Below are positions 31,041 to 43,040 of a DNA stretch of 64,000 nt, piece by piece. The notes beneath the pieces were generated by a model. It saw nothing but the letters and a program-made list of their open reading frames with translations, did no database searches and was not told the DNA's origin. This DNA comes from an uncultured Alphaproteobacteria bacterium. Lineage in GTDB: Bacteria; Pseudomonadota; Alphaproteobacteria; Rhodobacterales; Rhodobacteraceae. Every line of letters starts with the position of its first letter. Positions within the stretch are counted from its first letter, which is position 1. Position numbers and translations under genes: made by a program. The DNA lies in the NCBI GenBank assembly GCA_963695425.1, contig CAVOGP010000036.1:57689-121688 (forward strand), given 5' to 3'.

Positions 31041-32633
31041 ATGCGACTTATGACAGCGCTTCTCGCCGCGACGGCGTTGACGGTCGGCGCCGTGGGCGGG
31101 GCCCAGGCAATGACGCTGGTTTATTGCAGCGAGGGATCGCCCGAGGGCTTCGACCCGGCGCCCTGGACCGCCGGGACGACTTTCGACGCCTCGTCGCGGC
31201 CGATCTACAACCGGCTGATCGAGCACACGGCGGGCACCACCGAGACGGAACCCGGGCTTGCCGAGAGCTGGGAAACCTCGGAGGACGGCACCGAGATCAC
31301 CTTCAAGCTGCGTCCCGGCGTGAAGTTCCACACGACGTCCTATTTCACGCCGACCCGCGACATGAACGCCGACGACGTGGTCTTCACGTTCATGCGCCAG
31401 TTCGACAAGGAAAGCCCGTGGTTCGAGTACGCCCCCGGCATCGCCTGGGAGTACTTCAGCTCGACGATCGGCAGCTCGCTGCAGGAGATCGTCAAGGTCG
31501 ACGACATGACGGTCAAGTTCGTGCTGAACCGGCCGGACGCGACGGTGATCGCCACCTTCCCGATGGATTTCGCCTCCATCATGTCGAAGGAATACGCCGA
31601 CCAGCTCGAGGCCGCCGGCACGCTGGAGCAGCTGAACACCCAGCCGATCGGTACCGGCCCGTTCACGTTCGTGGACTACCAGCAGGACGCGGTGATCCGC
31701 TACGCAGCCCATCCCGACCACTGGGCCGGCAAGCAGCCGATCGACGACCTGATCTTCGCGATCACCGTCGATCCGGGCGTGCGGATGCAGAAGCTCCTCG
31801 CCAGTGAGTGCCACGTCATCCCCTATCCGAACCCGGCGGACATCGAGACGCTGAAGGCAAACCCCGACCTGACAGTGATGCAGCAGGAAGGCTTCAACAT
31901 CGGCTATCTCGCCTACAACACCACACAGGCGCCGTTCGATAACCCGGCCGTCCGCAGGGCGTTGAACAAGGCGATCAACAAGGAGGCGATCATCGACGCG
32001 GTGTTCCAGGGCACTGGCGCTGCAGCAAAGAACCCGCTTCCGCCGGCCTCGTGGGGCTACAACCCCGACACCGTCGACGATCCCTACGATCCCGCGGCGG
32101 CCAGGGCGGAGCTCGAGGCGGCAGGGGTTACCGGCCTGAAGATGAACATCTGGGCGATGCCCGTGCAGCGGCCGTACAACCCGAACGCCCGGCGCATGGC
32201 AGAGCTGATCCAGGCCGACTTCGCGGCCGTGGGCGTCGAGGTCGAGATCGTCTCGATGGAGTGGGGCGAGTATCTGGCGCAGTCCTCCTCGGTCGATCGT
32301 GACGGTGCGGTATTGCTCGGCTGGACCGGTGACAATGCCGATCCGGACAACTTCCTTGGCGTGCTGCTCGGCTGCGACGCGGTAGGCGCCAATAACCGCG
32401 CCCAGTGGTGCCACCAGCCCTACGAGGACCTGATCCAGGAGGCCAAGACCACCTTCGCGCAGAACGAGCGCCAGCTGCTCTACTTCCAGGCGCAAGATGT
32501 CTTCAAGGAGCAGGCGCCCTGGGCGACCATCGCGCACTCGGTCACGACGATGCCGATGCGCAACACGGTGCAAGGGTATGTGCAGGATCCGCTCGGCAGC
32601 CACCGCTTCTTCGGCGTGAGCGTGACCGAATAG
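31041..32633 (+). CDS. dppA: Dipeptide ABC substrate-binding protein
   Basis: LVYCSEGSPEGFDP, PGLAESW, PIGTGPF, WAMPVQRPYNPNARRMAE. Confidence 0.93.
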   Translation: MRLMTALLAATALTVGAVGGAQAMTLVYCSEGSPEGFDPAPWTAGTTFDASSRPIYNRLIEHTAGTTETEPGLAESWETSEDGTEITFKLRPGVKFHTTSYFTPTRDMNADDVVFTFMRQFDKESPWFEYAPGIAWEYFSSTIGSSLQEIVKVDDMTVKFVLNRPDATVIATFPMDFASIMSKEYADQLEAAGTLEQLNTQPIGTGPFTFVDYQQDAVIRYAAHPDHWAGKQPIDDLIFAITVDPGVRMQKLLASECHVIPYPNPADIETLKANPDLTVMQQEGFNIGYLAYNTTQAPFDNPAVRRALNKAINKEAIIDAVFQGTGAAAKNPLPPASWGYNPDTVDDPYDPAAARAELEAAGVTGLKMNIWAMPVQRPYNPNARRMAELIQADFAAVGVEVEIVSMEWGEYLAQSSSVDRDGAVLLGWTGDNADPDNFLGVLLGCDAVGANNRAQWCHQPYEDLIQEAKTTFAQNERQLLYFQAQDVFKEQAPWATIAHSVTTMPMRNTVQGYVQDPLGSHRFFGVSVTE

Positions 32634-32683
32634 GCGGGCGTCGGCGGGCCGTGTCCGCCGATGGAAGTGCGCGACAAGCAGGG

Positions 32684-32705
32684 GCGGGCGCCAGGGCGCC
32701 CGCCT
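32684..32705 (+). other. Intergenic GC-rich hairpin between dppA and dppB
   Basis: GGCGGGCGCC-AG-GGCGCCCGCC inverted repeat. Confidence 0.45.
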
Positions 32706-32722
32706 GACTTCCAGGAGGTGCC

Positions 32723-33730
32723 ATGCTGCGCTTCATCCTGAACCGCCTTCTTCTGATCGTGCCGACCTTCATCGGCATCACCTTGGTTGCGTTCCTGTTC
32801 ATCCGCCTGCTGCCCGGTGACCCGGTGCTGCTGATGGCCGGCGAGCGCGGGGTATCGCCGGAGCGCCACGCGGAACTGATGCAGCAGTTCGGCTTCGACC
32901 GGCCGCTGTGGCGGCAGTACACCGACTACATTGGCGGGGTGCTTCAGGGCGACTTCGGCAGCTCCTTCTCCACCAAGAAGCCGGTGCTGGGCGAGTTCAT
33001 GGCGCGGTTTCCCGCCACGCTCGAGCTCGCGACCTGCGCGATCATCCTCGCCACTGTGCTCGGGGTCGCAGCCGGCATCCTGGCGGCGGTCAGGCGGGGC
33101 GGCTGGATCGACCAGCTGACCATGGGGACGGCGCTGATCGGCTATTCGATGCCGATCTTCTGGTGGGCGCTGCTGCTCATCATCTTCTTCTCCGTCAAGC
33201 TCGGGTGGACGCCGGTTTCGGGGCGCATCTCGCTGGTCCATTTCTTCCCGAGCGTCACCGGTTTCATGCTGATCGACAGCCTGATCGCAGGCAAGCCAGC
33301 AGCCTTCTGGTCAGCGGTCCAGCACCTGATCCTGCCGACCATCGTCCTGGCCACCATCCCGCTGGCGGTGATCGCGCGTCAGACGCGCTCGGCCATGCTG
33401 GAGGTGCTCGGCGAGGTCTACATCATGACCGCGAGGTCCAAGGGGCTCGCCCCGCGCCGGGTGACATGGCTGCACGCGCTCCGCAACGCGCTCATCCCGG
33501 TCGTCACCACCATCGGCCTGCAGGTCAGCGTGCTGATGGGCGGCGCGATCCTGACCGAGACGATCTTCTCCTGGCCGGGCATCGGGAAGTGGATGATCGA
33601 CTCGATCTCGCGCCGCGACTACCAGGTGGTGCAGGGCGGGCTGCTCCTGATCGCTGCCATGGTGATGATCGTTAACCTTATCGTCGACCTCCTATATGGA
33701 TTGATCAATCCCCGTGTCCGCCACAAGTGA
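32723..33730 (+). CDS. dppB: Dipeptide ABC permease
   Basis: FPATLEL, YSMPIFWW, TARSKGL, ETIFSWPGIG. Confidence 0.93.
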   Translation: MLRFILNRLLLIVPTFIGITLVAFLFIRLLPGDPVLLMAGERGVSPERHAELMQQFGFDRPLWRQYTDYIGGVLQGDFGSSFSTKKPVLGEFMARFPATLELATCAIILATVLGVAAGILAAVRRGGWIDQLTMGTALIGYSMPIFWWALLLIIFFSVKLGWTPVSGRISLVHFFPSVTGFMLIDSLIAGKPAAFWSAVQHLILPTIVLATIPLAVIARQTRSAMLEVLGEVYIMTARSKGLAPRRVTWLHALRNALIPVVTTIGLQVSVLMGGAILTETIFSWPGIGKWMIDSISRRDYQVVQGGLLLIAAMVMIVNLIVDLLYGLINPRVRHK

Positions 33731-34631
33731 ACGCCCCGACCTGACGGTGCCCGCGCCGGGCCCGGCGCCAATCGCGCCTTGGCGCGAGAACTGGCTCTAC
33801 TTCGCCACCAACCGCGGTGCGCTGCTCGGGCTGACTGTGCTCGGGCTGATGGTGCTGACCGCCATCTTCGCGCCGCTGCTCGCGCCGCATGACCCGAGCA
33901 TGCAGTACCGCGACGCGCTGCTGGTGCCGCCGGCCTGGGAAGCGAATGGCCGGTCAGCGTTCCTGCTCGGAACCGACGCGCTCGGCCGCGACATACTGTC
34001 GCGGCTGATCTACGGCGCGCGCTATTCACTAGCCATCGGCCTTGTCGTGGTGACGCTGGCACTGATCAGCGGCATCCTGGTCGGTCTCGTCGCCGGCTAC
34101 TTCGGCGGCTGGATCGACGCCCTGATCATGCGGGTGATGGACATCATCCTCGCCTTCCCCTCGCTTCTCCTCGCGCTTGTGCTGGTTGCGATCATCGGCC
34201 CCGGGCTCTTCAACGCCATGCTGGCGATTGCGGTGGTCCTGCAGCCGCACTTCGCCCGGCTGACCCGAGGCGCGGTGATGGCGGAGAAGAACCGCGAGTA
34301 CGTGACCTCGGCCAAGGTCGCCGGTGCCGGCAACTTGCGGCTGATGCTGGTAACCATCCTGCCCAACTGCATGGGACCGCTGATCGTGCAGGCGACGCTC
34401 AGCTTCTCCAACGCGATCCTCGACGCGGCAGCGCTCGGCTTCCTCGGCATGGGCGCGCAGCCACCCACCCCCGAATGGGGCACGATGCTCGCCGAGGCGC
34501 GCGAGTTCATCACCAGCGCCTGGTGGGTGGTGACCATGCCGGGCATCGCGATCCTGATTACCGTGCTCGCGATCAACCTGATAGGCGACGGCCTTCGCGA
34601 CACCCTCGACCCCAAGCTGAAGCGGAGCTGA
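33714..34631 (+). CDS. dppC: Dipeptide ABC permease
   Basis: LGTDALGRDILSRLIYGAR, LGFLGMGAQPPTPEWG, GDGLRDTLDP. Confidence 0.93.
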   Translation: MSATSERPDLTVPAPGPAPIAPWRENWLYFATNRGALLGLTVLGLMVLTAIFAPLLAPHDPSMQYRDALLVPPAWEANGRSAFLLGTDALGRDILSRLIYGARYSLAIGLVVVTLALISGILVGLVAGYFGGWIDALIMRVMDIILAFPSLLLALVLVAIIGPGLFNAMLAIAVVLQPHFARLTRGAVMAEKNREYVTSAKVAGAGNLRLMLVTILPNCMGPLIVQATLSFSNAILDAAALGFLGMGAQPPTPEWGTMLAEAREFITSAWWVVTMPGIAILITVLAINLIGDGLRDTLDPKLKRS

Positions 34632-34635
34632 TCAG

Positions 34636-35474
34636 GTGCCGCTTCTCGACGTCCGCAATCTCTCGGTCTCCTTCGACACGGCCGCAGGACAGTTCTTCGC
34701 GGTGCAGGGTGTCGATCTCTCGGTCGATTCCGGGGAGGTGCTCGCCATCGTGGGCGAGTCGGGTTCCGGCAAATCTGTGGCGATGCTGGCGGTGATGGGA
34801 CTGCTTCCGCCCGCCGCGCGGGTCACCGCCGACGCGATGCGCTTCGAGGGCAAGGATCTGCTGGCGCTTACACCGCGCCAGCGCCGGGACCTCTCCGGCA
34901 GCGAAATGGCGATGATCTTTCAGGAGCCGGTGGCGAGCCTCAATCCCTGCTTCACGGTCGGCTTCCAGATCGAGGAGACGCTGCGGGAGCACACCAGCCT
35001 TGGCGCCGCGGCCCGCCATAGCCGGGCGGTGGAGCTGCTGTCCCTGGTCGGAATTCCCGAGCCCGAGGAACGGCTGAAGTCCTTTCCGCATCAGATGTCC
35101 GGCGGCCAGTGCCAGCGGGTGATGATCGCCATCGCCACCGCCTGCACCCCGAAGCTCCTGATCGCAGACGAGCCGACCACCGCGCTCGACGTGACGATCC
35201 AGAAGCAGATCCTCGAGCTTCTGCTGCGGCTGCAAGTCGATCACGGGATGGCGCTGGTGCTCATTACCCATGACATGGGCGTGGTCGCCGAGACTGCCGA
35301 CCGAGTGATCGTGCAGTACAACGGCCGCAAGATGGAGGATACCGACGTCGTCTCGCTCTTCGAGCACCCCAAGAGCGCCTATACCCGGGCGCTGCTCTCG
35401 GCGCTGCCGGAGAACGCCAAGGGCGGGCGACTGCCAACGGTCTCCGCCTTCGCCCCTGGCGCGGAGGCGCCTGC

Positions 35475-35478
<4 letters not shown>
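34636..35478 (+). CDS. dppD: Dipeptide ABC ATP-binding protein
   Basis: [27 protein letters not shown]. Confidence 0.92.
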
Positions 35479-36311
<833 letters not shown>

Positions 36312-36724
36312 CCTCCCGCGCAGGTTGCGCCGGCAACGGATGCGTGCATCGCGCGGCACTGCGCATGGTTCCTGCTGTGTGCCAATGATTTCAGCGAAGC
36401 GACTGCCTCTGGCTCACGCTCGGCCACCCTCGTTTGGTGGCCCGGGTGGAGCCGGATGTGCGATTGGCTTTGCCACCTTGTCTGACGGAGGCGGCGCCCC
36501 CGGCCAGAGCATGGCGTGCGGCGCCGGCGCCTTGAACCGCGTCCGCCGCGCGGACGTGCTGCACTGCGCTCGACCTGGAGCGGTTCCAGGCACCGTTGGT
36601 GAGACGCCGGCGGGAGCAGCGTGATCACCTGGCGGCTCAACGGGCGACAGGTGTCTCACCGGCCGTGCCTCCGCCGCGGTCACGGCCAGTCGCACAGGTC
36701 CGCGAACTCGGCTACGCATTGGCG

Positions 36725-37024
36725 ATGACGAAACTGCGCTCATTGTGGTTGGGCAAGCTGCACCTCGGCGAGGCGTTCTGGACCTGGGCGATCGGCATCG
36801 GTCTCCTGGTCAACCTGTCCACCAGCGCCCTGTTTCTCGCCCTCATCGCCAATGACCGGCCGTGGGCGGCGCTGTTCGTCGGCTACGCCCTGTCGGTACC
36901 CTACAACGTTCTTGCCGGAGTCGGCGTCTGGCGCTCGGCCGCGCACTACCAGGGACCGGCCGGTCACGCGGAGCTTGCCCGCATCGCGACGGTGATTGTG
37001 ATGTTGCTGTTGTCTGTCACGTGA
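36725..37024 (+). CDS. Small membrane protein (about 3 TM), unknown function
   Basis: LWLGKLHLGEAFW...VGVWRSAAHY; hydrophobic segments. Confidence 0.65.
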   Translation: MTKLRSLWLGKLHLGEAFWTWAIGIGLLVNLSTSALFLALIANDRPWAALFVGYALSVPYNVLAGVGVWRSAAHYQGPAGHAELARIATVIVMLLLSVT

Positions 37025-37103
37025 GGTCCCGGGGCGGTGTCCGGCAGGTCCCACTGCATGAGCACACCCTGGCCAGCGCGCTCGGGGCGGCAGCGATGAG
37101 ACG

Positions 37104-38699
37104 TCAGCCAAATGGCGGGAAGAAGTCGTCCTTCTCCGAAAAGCCGAGATCCCGCAAGGCGGCGTGAACCTCGCTCCGCACGCGACTGTCGCGGAGCGGA
37201 TAGGCCACGAAGAACTGCTCGATCGAGGCGTCGGGTCTGAGGTCCCGGGTCCGCTCGGCCCAGTATCGCGCCTGGTCATGTTTTCCGGCCATCCGGTTGA
37301 CTGCCGCGGCGATGATCGAGACCAGGTAATGCGCCCCCGGCTGGCGCGATCCGGCGTCGAGCCAGCGGCAGGCCTGCTCCATGTCCCCCGTATGCGCCAG
37401 CGAGAAGCCCTTGGCCGACTGCATCGCGTAGAGAAACGGATCGAGCGGACTGAGCCGGATCGCCTCGTCGAGCATCGGCAGCGCCTGGTCGCCTAGACCC
37501 GCCATCAGGTTGGTGAAGGCATGTGCATACATGCCATGCGAGAAGCTCGGGCTGAGGCCGACCGCCCGGGCCAGGAAGGTCTGGCCGAACTCGTGGTCGT
37601 TCCGCAGCCAGTACGAGCGGCCATAGTTGAAGTTTCCGAACGGGTCCATCGGGTCGAGTTCGAGGCACCTTTCGGCAAACCTGCGCGCGTTGTCGATATC
37701 GGCGCCGCGGTCGCTGCCGTAGTTCACGAACGCCGACTGGAAGCTGGTGAACGACCGGGCGGCATGGGCGCGAGCGAAATTGGGCTCAAGGCTCACGGCG
37801 CGCGCGAAATGGTCGGCGGCGATCGCATTGTCGGTCGCATTGAAGCGGTACATGTGGCGGAGCCCCAGGTGATACAGGCTCCAGGCGTCGAGGGTCTGAG
37901 GTGCGCGCAGCCGGGCGCGTTCGGCCTCGTTGAGAGAGACGTGCAACTCCATCGCCGCGGTCACCAGGCTGACGATGTCCGTCCGCATCTGGTGGACGTC
38001 TTCGACCTTGCCGGAGCGGCGATCGCCCCAGACGATGCGGCCGTCGCGCGTGTCGGCGAGCTCCACCGTGAGCGCGAGGTCGGACCCGAAGATCTCCACC
38101 TCGCCGGTCAGGCAGTAGGTCGCGCCGAGCGCCGTGCGAATGGCGTCCATGTCGGGCGTCTCGTCGCGAAAGCGGAAGGTAGACCCGCGCGCGAGCACCT
38201 TCAGCCAGCGCAGGCGGGACAGCGACGAGATCAGCTCGGACGGCACCGCCTCGGCAATCGCGCCGTAAACCCCGGTCTGGCCGATCTGCCGGAACGGCAG
38301 CACCGCGATCGACGGCTGCTCGCCGGTCTCCTGCGCCGCCCCGTCGGGCGCCTCGCCCGGTGCGAGGTCCCGCCCGGCCGCCGCCGGGACGAGCTCTTCC
38401 ACCGTGCCGACGAACCGGAAACCGCGGCCGTGCACGGTTCGGATCAGGCGCTGGGCCTTGCCGTCGTCGTCGAGGACGCGGCGCGCGGTCTTGATCAGCG
38501 TCGAGATCGCTGTATCGGAGATGAAGCGGCCGTCCCAGATCTTCTCGACCAGCTCGTCCTTGGAGACCAGGCGACCGCGGTGCTCGATCATGTAGCAGAG
38601 CAGCGCGAATACACGCGGCTCGACCGCGACCTCCTCGCGGTCGCGAGACAGTTGGCCGAGCGACAAGTCCAGCGTGAACCGGTCGAAACGGTAGATCAT
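37104..38699 (-). CDS. OmpR/CadC-type wHTH regulator with TolB-N-like and TPR domains
   Basis: MIYRFDRFTLD...VSKDELVEKIW...LIRTVHGRGFRF; PSIAVLPF; TPR repeats (LEPNFARAHA, LDPMDP, LSPLDP). Confidence 0.9.
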   Translation of the reverse strand: MIYRFDRFTLDLSLGQLSRDREEVAVEPRVFALLCYMIEHRGRLVSKDELVEKIWDGRFISDTAISTLIKTARRVLDDDGKAQRLIRTVHGRGFRFVGTVEELVPAAAGRDLAPGEAPDGAAQETGEQPSIAVLPFRQIGQTGVYGAIAEAVPSELISSLSRLRWLKVLARGSTFRFRDETPDMDAIRTALGATYCLTGEVEIFGSDLALTVELADTRDGRIVWGDRRSGKVEDVHQMRTDIVSLVTAAMELHVSLNEAERARLRAPQTLDAWSLYHLGLRHMYRFNATDNAIAADHFARAVSLEPNFARAHAARSFTSFQSAFVNYGSDRGADIDNARRFAERCLELDPMDPFGNFNYGRSYWLRNDHEFGQTFLARAVGLSPSFSHGMYAHAFTNLMAGLGDQALPMLDEAIRLSPLDPFLYAMQSAKGFSLAHTGDMEQACRWLDAGSRQPGAHYLVSIIAAAVNRMAGKHDQARYWAERTRDLRPDASIEQFFVAYPLRDSRVRSEVHAALRDLGFSEKDDFFPPFG

Positions 38700-38966
38700 G
38701 GCGCATACTACGGGTTCCCCACGTTATCACCATGAAATTTTCAGGTCGGTCCCAAGCGCCGCCGCCGCTGACGGCTTAGACGGTTTCCAGACGCAAAACG
38801 CATCAGGAGCCCAGCCAATGACCCGTCCCGCAGTTCCGCGCAATCCCAGCTACGGAAAGGGCTTCGACCGGGTTCGAACCCTGTCGGCGCCGGAAGACAG
38901 CCGAACCTGGTTCCACCAGCACAATCGGGTTGCCGCGCATCCCGCCGCCGGACGGAGGAGGTCCCG

Positions 38967-39152
38967 ATGATCCGCCTGCTCCGACCCGGCCGCCATCGTT
39001 CCGGGGCCGTTCCGGACGCCGCGGCGACCACTCGCGTCCGGCCCGCCATGCCGCATGACCGATCCAGTCTTTTGCCTGACCCCGCGCGTTCGGACTGGCA
39101 GACGATCGGGATCGACCGGATCCTGCCCGCTCACCTGCTGATGCTGCGCTGA
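38967..39152 (+). CDS. Small hypothetical protein
   Basis: Strong GGAGGAGG RBS; ATGA-coupled to an upstream small ORF (38818-38970). Confidence 0.4.
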   Translation: MIRLLRPGRHRSGAVPDAAATTRVRPAMPHDRSSLLPDPARSDWQTIGIDRILPAHLLMLR

Positions 39153-39232
39153 GCCGTGGCCCCGGAGCGGGTCGGATCGCGATCCGCGCCGGACCAGAAC
39201 CACCAACCCAACCCAACCTGAAGGAAACGACC

Positions 39233-39802
39233 ATGATGACCACGACCCACGCCGTCACCGTCGCCGACAACGGCGTCAACACCGAAGCCCTGATCAGCGC
39301 CCGCGGCGCCTTCACCGAGATGCCGCAGGCCGCCGCCTTCACCTTCCGCAGCACCTGCCACTGGATGGAGGGCACCTACAGCGCGAACACGATCAACGGG
39401 TACTTCGGCCTCGGCCAGGAGCACAGCCGCAAGCAGACCTTCACGATCGAGGCCGATCACCCCGAGGTCTTCGCCGCCCACGACCGCGCGGCGACCCCGA
39501 CCGAGATCGCACTGGCCGCGCTCGCCAGCTGCCTGACCGGCGGCGTGGCCGCCATCGCCCAGCACCGCGGCATCCAGCTCCGCTCGGTCCGCGCGACGGT
39601 CGAGGGCGATATCGACGTGCGCGGCATCCTCGGCATGGACCCCGACATCCGCAACGGCTTCTCCGCCATCCGCGTGAAGTTCGAGATCGACGCCAACGCC
39701 AGCGACGAGGACATCCGCGCGCTGGTCGCCCAGTCGCAGAAGCGCTCGGCCATGTTCGACATCCTGACCAACCCGACCAACGTGGCGGTCAGCGTCGCCT
39801 GA
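39233..39802 (+). CDS. OsmC-family protein (single-Cys subtype)
   Basis: DHPEVFAAHDRAATPTEIALAALASCLT...QSQKRSAMFDILTNP. Confidence 0.88.
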   Translation: MMTTTHAVTVADNGVNTEALISARGAFTEMPQAAAFTFRSTCHWMEGTYSANTINGYFGLGQEHSRKQTFTIEADHPEVFAAHDRAATPTEIALAALASCLTGGVAAIAQHRGIQLRSVRATVEGDIDVRGILGMDPDIRNGFSAIRVKFEIDANASDEDIRALVAQSQKRSAMFDILTNPTNVAVSVA

Positions 39803-40098
39803 GACAGGTCACAGGCATCGGCCCGGCGCCGGTCGGCGGATGCCCCGCAGGAAGGGTCAGACAGATGAAACGGGTACGGACCCCCCGACGACGCCGCCGC
39901 CTCGACCCCGCCCGCATAGCGCGCCGGGAAGCCGCGCTTGATGATCATAGGGATGGTCATGACCCCCGGTGCCCACCACGTTGCCCGAGACCGAGCCCGA
40001 CATGGTGCCGAAGACGCCGCTCGCGGCCTATGCGGCCGGCCGGATTGCATCCGAACAGCAAACCGGTGTCAGGTTCACCGTGTTAAACGGGCAGCTCC

Positions 40099-40310
40099 AT
40101 GGTGAAGCGGATCGAATCCCTCGGCCGGGGTCTGCGCGTTCTCGATTTCCTCGAGAAGAGCGGTCCCATGGGCCTAGCGCAGCTCTCCGCCGAGATGGGC
40201 CTCGCAAAGGCGACACTGCGTCGCACCCTGACGACGCTGGAGACCGCGGGCTTTGCCCGGCGCCGGCTGGCCGACCGGCTGTGGCAGGCCAACCTGCGCG
40301 TCCGGGGCGA
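40099..40310 (+). pseudogene. IclR-family HTH fragment
   Basis: IESLGRGLRVLDFL...GLAKATLRRTLTTLETAGF; effector domain missing. Confidence 0.7.
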
Positions 40311-40504
40311 GCCGGCTGGTGCTGATCGTCCCGCTCGGCCTTGGCGTGGGCTGGGGACTGGCCAGGAACCCGGACGAAGTCGCCGCCGCCGTTCAGGACC
40401 GACATCGTCGGAGCTGCCGGCTTGACCCACGGCGAGCAGATCAGGCTCAATGCGATCGAAGCGCCCGAGGACCGGCAGCTCTGCACCGGGCAGCTGGCCG
40501 CCGC

Positions 40505-43040
40505 TCACCTTTCCGCCACCAGCACCTCGCGCTTGCCCACATGGTTCGCCTGGCTGACGACGCCCTGCTCCTCCATCATCTCCACCAGCTTCGCCGCCTT
40601 GTTGTAGCCCACCGACAGCTTGCGCTGGATATACGAGGTCGAGCACTTGCGGTCCTTGGCCACTACCGCCACCGCCTGATCGTAGAGCACGTCGTCGCTC
40701 TGCCCGCTGCTGCCGAGCCCCAGCACCAGGTCGATCTCGCTCTCCTCGTCCGCATCCGGCCCGTCGAGCACCCCCGCCTCGTACTCCGGCGCGCCCATCG
40801 CCTTCAGGTGCCTGACCACCTCCTCGACCTCTTCGTCCGAGACGAACGGCCCGTGCACACGCGTGATCCGCCCGCCGCCGGCCATGTAGAGCATGTCGCC
40901 CTGCCCGAGCAGCTGCTCCGCGCCCATCTCGCCGAGGATGGTCCGGCTGTCGATCTTCGACGTCACCTGGAACGAGATGCGCGTCGGGAAGTTCGCCTTG
41001 ATCGTGCCGGTGATCACGTCCACCGAGGGCCGCTGCGTCGCCATGATCAGATGAATGCCGCTCGCCCGCGCCATCTGCGCAAGCCGCTGAATACAGGCCT
41101 CGATTTCCTTCCCGGCGACCATCATCAGGTCGGCCATCTCGTCGACGATCACCACGATGAACGGGATTGCCGCCGGCAGGAATTCCTCGGTCTCGAACAC
41201 CGGCTCGCCGGTATCCTCGTCAAATCCGACCTGCACCGTCCGTGTGAAAGCCTCGCCCTTTCCGACCGCGTCACTCACCCGCGCATTGTAGCCGTCGATG
41301 TTGCGCACGCCCATCTTCGACATCTTGCGGTAGCGCTCTTCCATCTCCGCCACCACCCACTTCAGCGCCACCACCGCCTTCTTGGGGTCGGTGACGACCG
41401 GCGAGAGCAGGTGCGGGATGCCGTCGTAGACGCTGAGCTCCAGCATCTTCGGGATCGATCATGATCAGCCGGCAGTCGGCCGGCGACAGTTTGTAGAGCA
41501 ACGACAGGATCATCGTATTGATCGCCACCGACTTGCCCGAGCCGGTGGTGCCGGCGATCAAGAGATGCGGCATCCGCGCCAGGTTCGCCACCACCGGCTC
41601 GCCACCAATGTCCTTGCCCAGCGCCAGCGGCAGCGCATGCGCGCTGTCCCCGAACCCCTTGGCCGACAGGATTTCCCGCAGCAGCACCTTCTCGCGCAAC
41701 TCGTTCGGCAGCTCTATGCCGATCACAGAGCGCCCCGGGATGGTCGAGACGCGGCACGCCAGCGCCGACATCGACCGCGCGATATCATCTGCCAGCCCGA
41801 TCACCCGGCTCGCCTTCAGCCCCGCCGCCGGCTCCAGTTCGTACATGGTCACCACCGGGCCGGGCCGGATCGCCACGATCTCGCCGCGCACGCCGTAGTC
41901 GTCGAGCACCGTCTCCAGCATCCGCGCGTTCTCTTCCAGCGCGTCGTTGGACAGATGATGCCGCACGATGGTCGAGGGGTTCTGCAACAGCGACAGCGGC
42001 GGCGTGACATAGGCGTCCGCCGCCTCGCCATCGAGCGCCAGCTCGGGCTGCGCCTCGGCCCGCGCCCGCTGGCTCTGCGGAAGGGCGCGCGCGGCGGGCT
42101 TGTGCACGCGGGGCTCCGGAACGAACGGCTCCTCGATCTCCGATACGTCGTCGTCGCGAAGAGCGGCAGGGGCCAGGGGCGCGGTCAGCGGCGGTGCAGG
42201 CCGCAAGCCCGGCGCCTTGGGCGCGGCATCGAAGCGCGGGATGCCACCCGACAGCGCGCCCGAGAGCGCCCCCGAAAGCCGGCCCGACAGCGCCCCGGCC
42301 AGACTTCCGGACACACCACCAGGCGCCGCCGCGGCCGCCTCGGCCCGCCGGGCGCGTACCTCGGTCACGCCGCGCTGCGCCGACGACAGGGCCCGACCCG
42401 TTGCCCCATGCAGCCCCGCATAGACCAGTACCGAGCCCGACCCCAGGAAGGAGAAGAAGCCGCGCAGCTCCCCCCAGGTGACGCCGAGCGCATAGAAGCT
42501 GGTCGCCACGAAGATCGCCCCGAGCACCAGCGAGGCCAGCATCAGGCTGAAGCCGACCCCGAACGGCAGCGTCGACAGGATGGTGCCGAGCACCGCATCG
42601 CCGAGCAACCCGCCCAGCCCATAGTCATGCACCCAGCCCGCCAGAGGCACGTGCGTCGCCGCAAAGGCCGCCGCGGCGAGCAGCGCCACGGGGGTCAGGA
42701 TCGCGCGGCTGACCGCCCGGTTCTCGCCGGCATGGAACACCAGCCGCAGACCCCAGACGCCCAGCGCCGTGGCGATCCCATAGGACGCCCAGCCCAGTGC
42801 CCGGTGCAGCGGGTCGGCAAGCGACGCGCCGATCAGTCCCAGCGCGTTGCGCGGGGCCGCGTCGGTGGCGCTGAACAGGCTCGGATCGTCCGGCGAATAG
42901 CTCCAGACGGTGACGAAGGCGAGACCGGCAAGTCCCAGCAGGATCATCCCGAGCAGCTCGGTGCCCCTGCGGCGCAGCGCGTCCTCGGTGTCGCTCTCCA
43001 TCAGGGCCACCCGGCGCCTGCCCTTGCTGCGTGCTGCCAT
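40505..43040 (-). CDS. ftsK: DNA translocase FtsK; single +1 frameshift near 41450, probably a sequencing error
   Basis: 4-TM N-terminus, [30 protein letters not shown] split across frames, [12 protein letters not shown], gamma domain STSYIQRKL. Confidence 0.95.
42248..42317 (-). repeat. Degenerate 12-bp tandem repeat encoding (G-x-L-S)n in the FtsK linker
   Basis: [24 protein letters not shown]. Confidence 0.6.

Noticed and set aside
41440-41465. Programmed frameshift in ftsK
   Set aside because: A single extra base in the conserved IDPKMLEL motif with no slippery sequence; most likely a sequencing error
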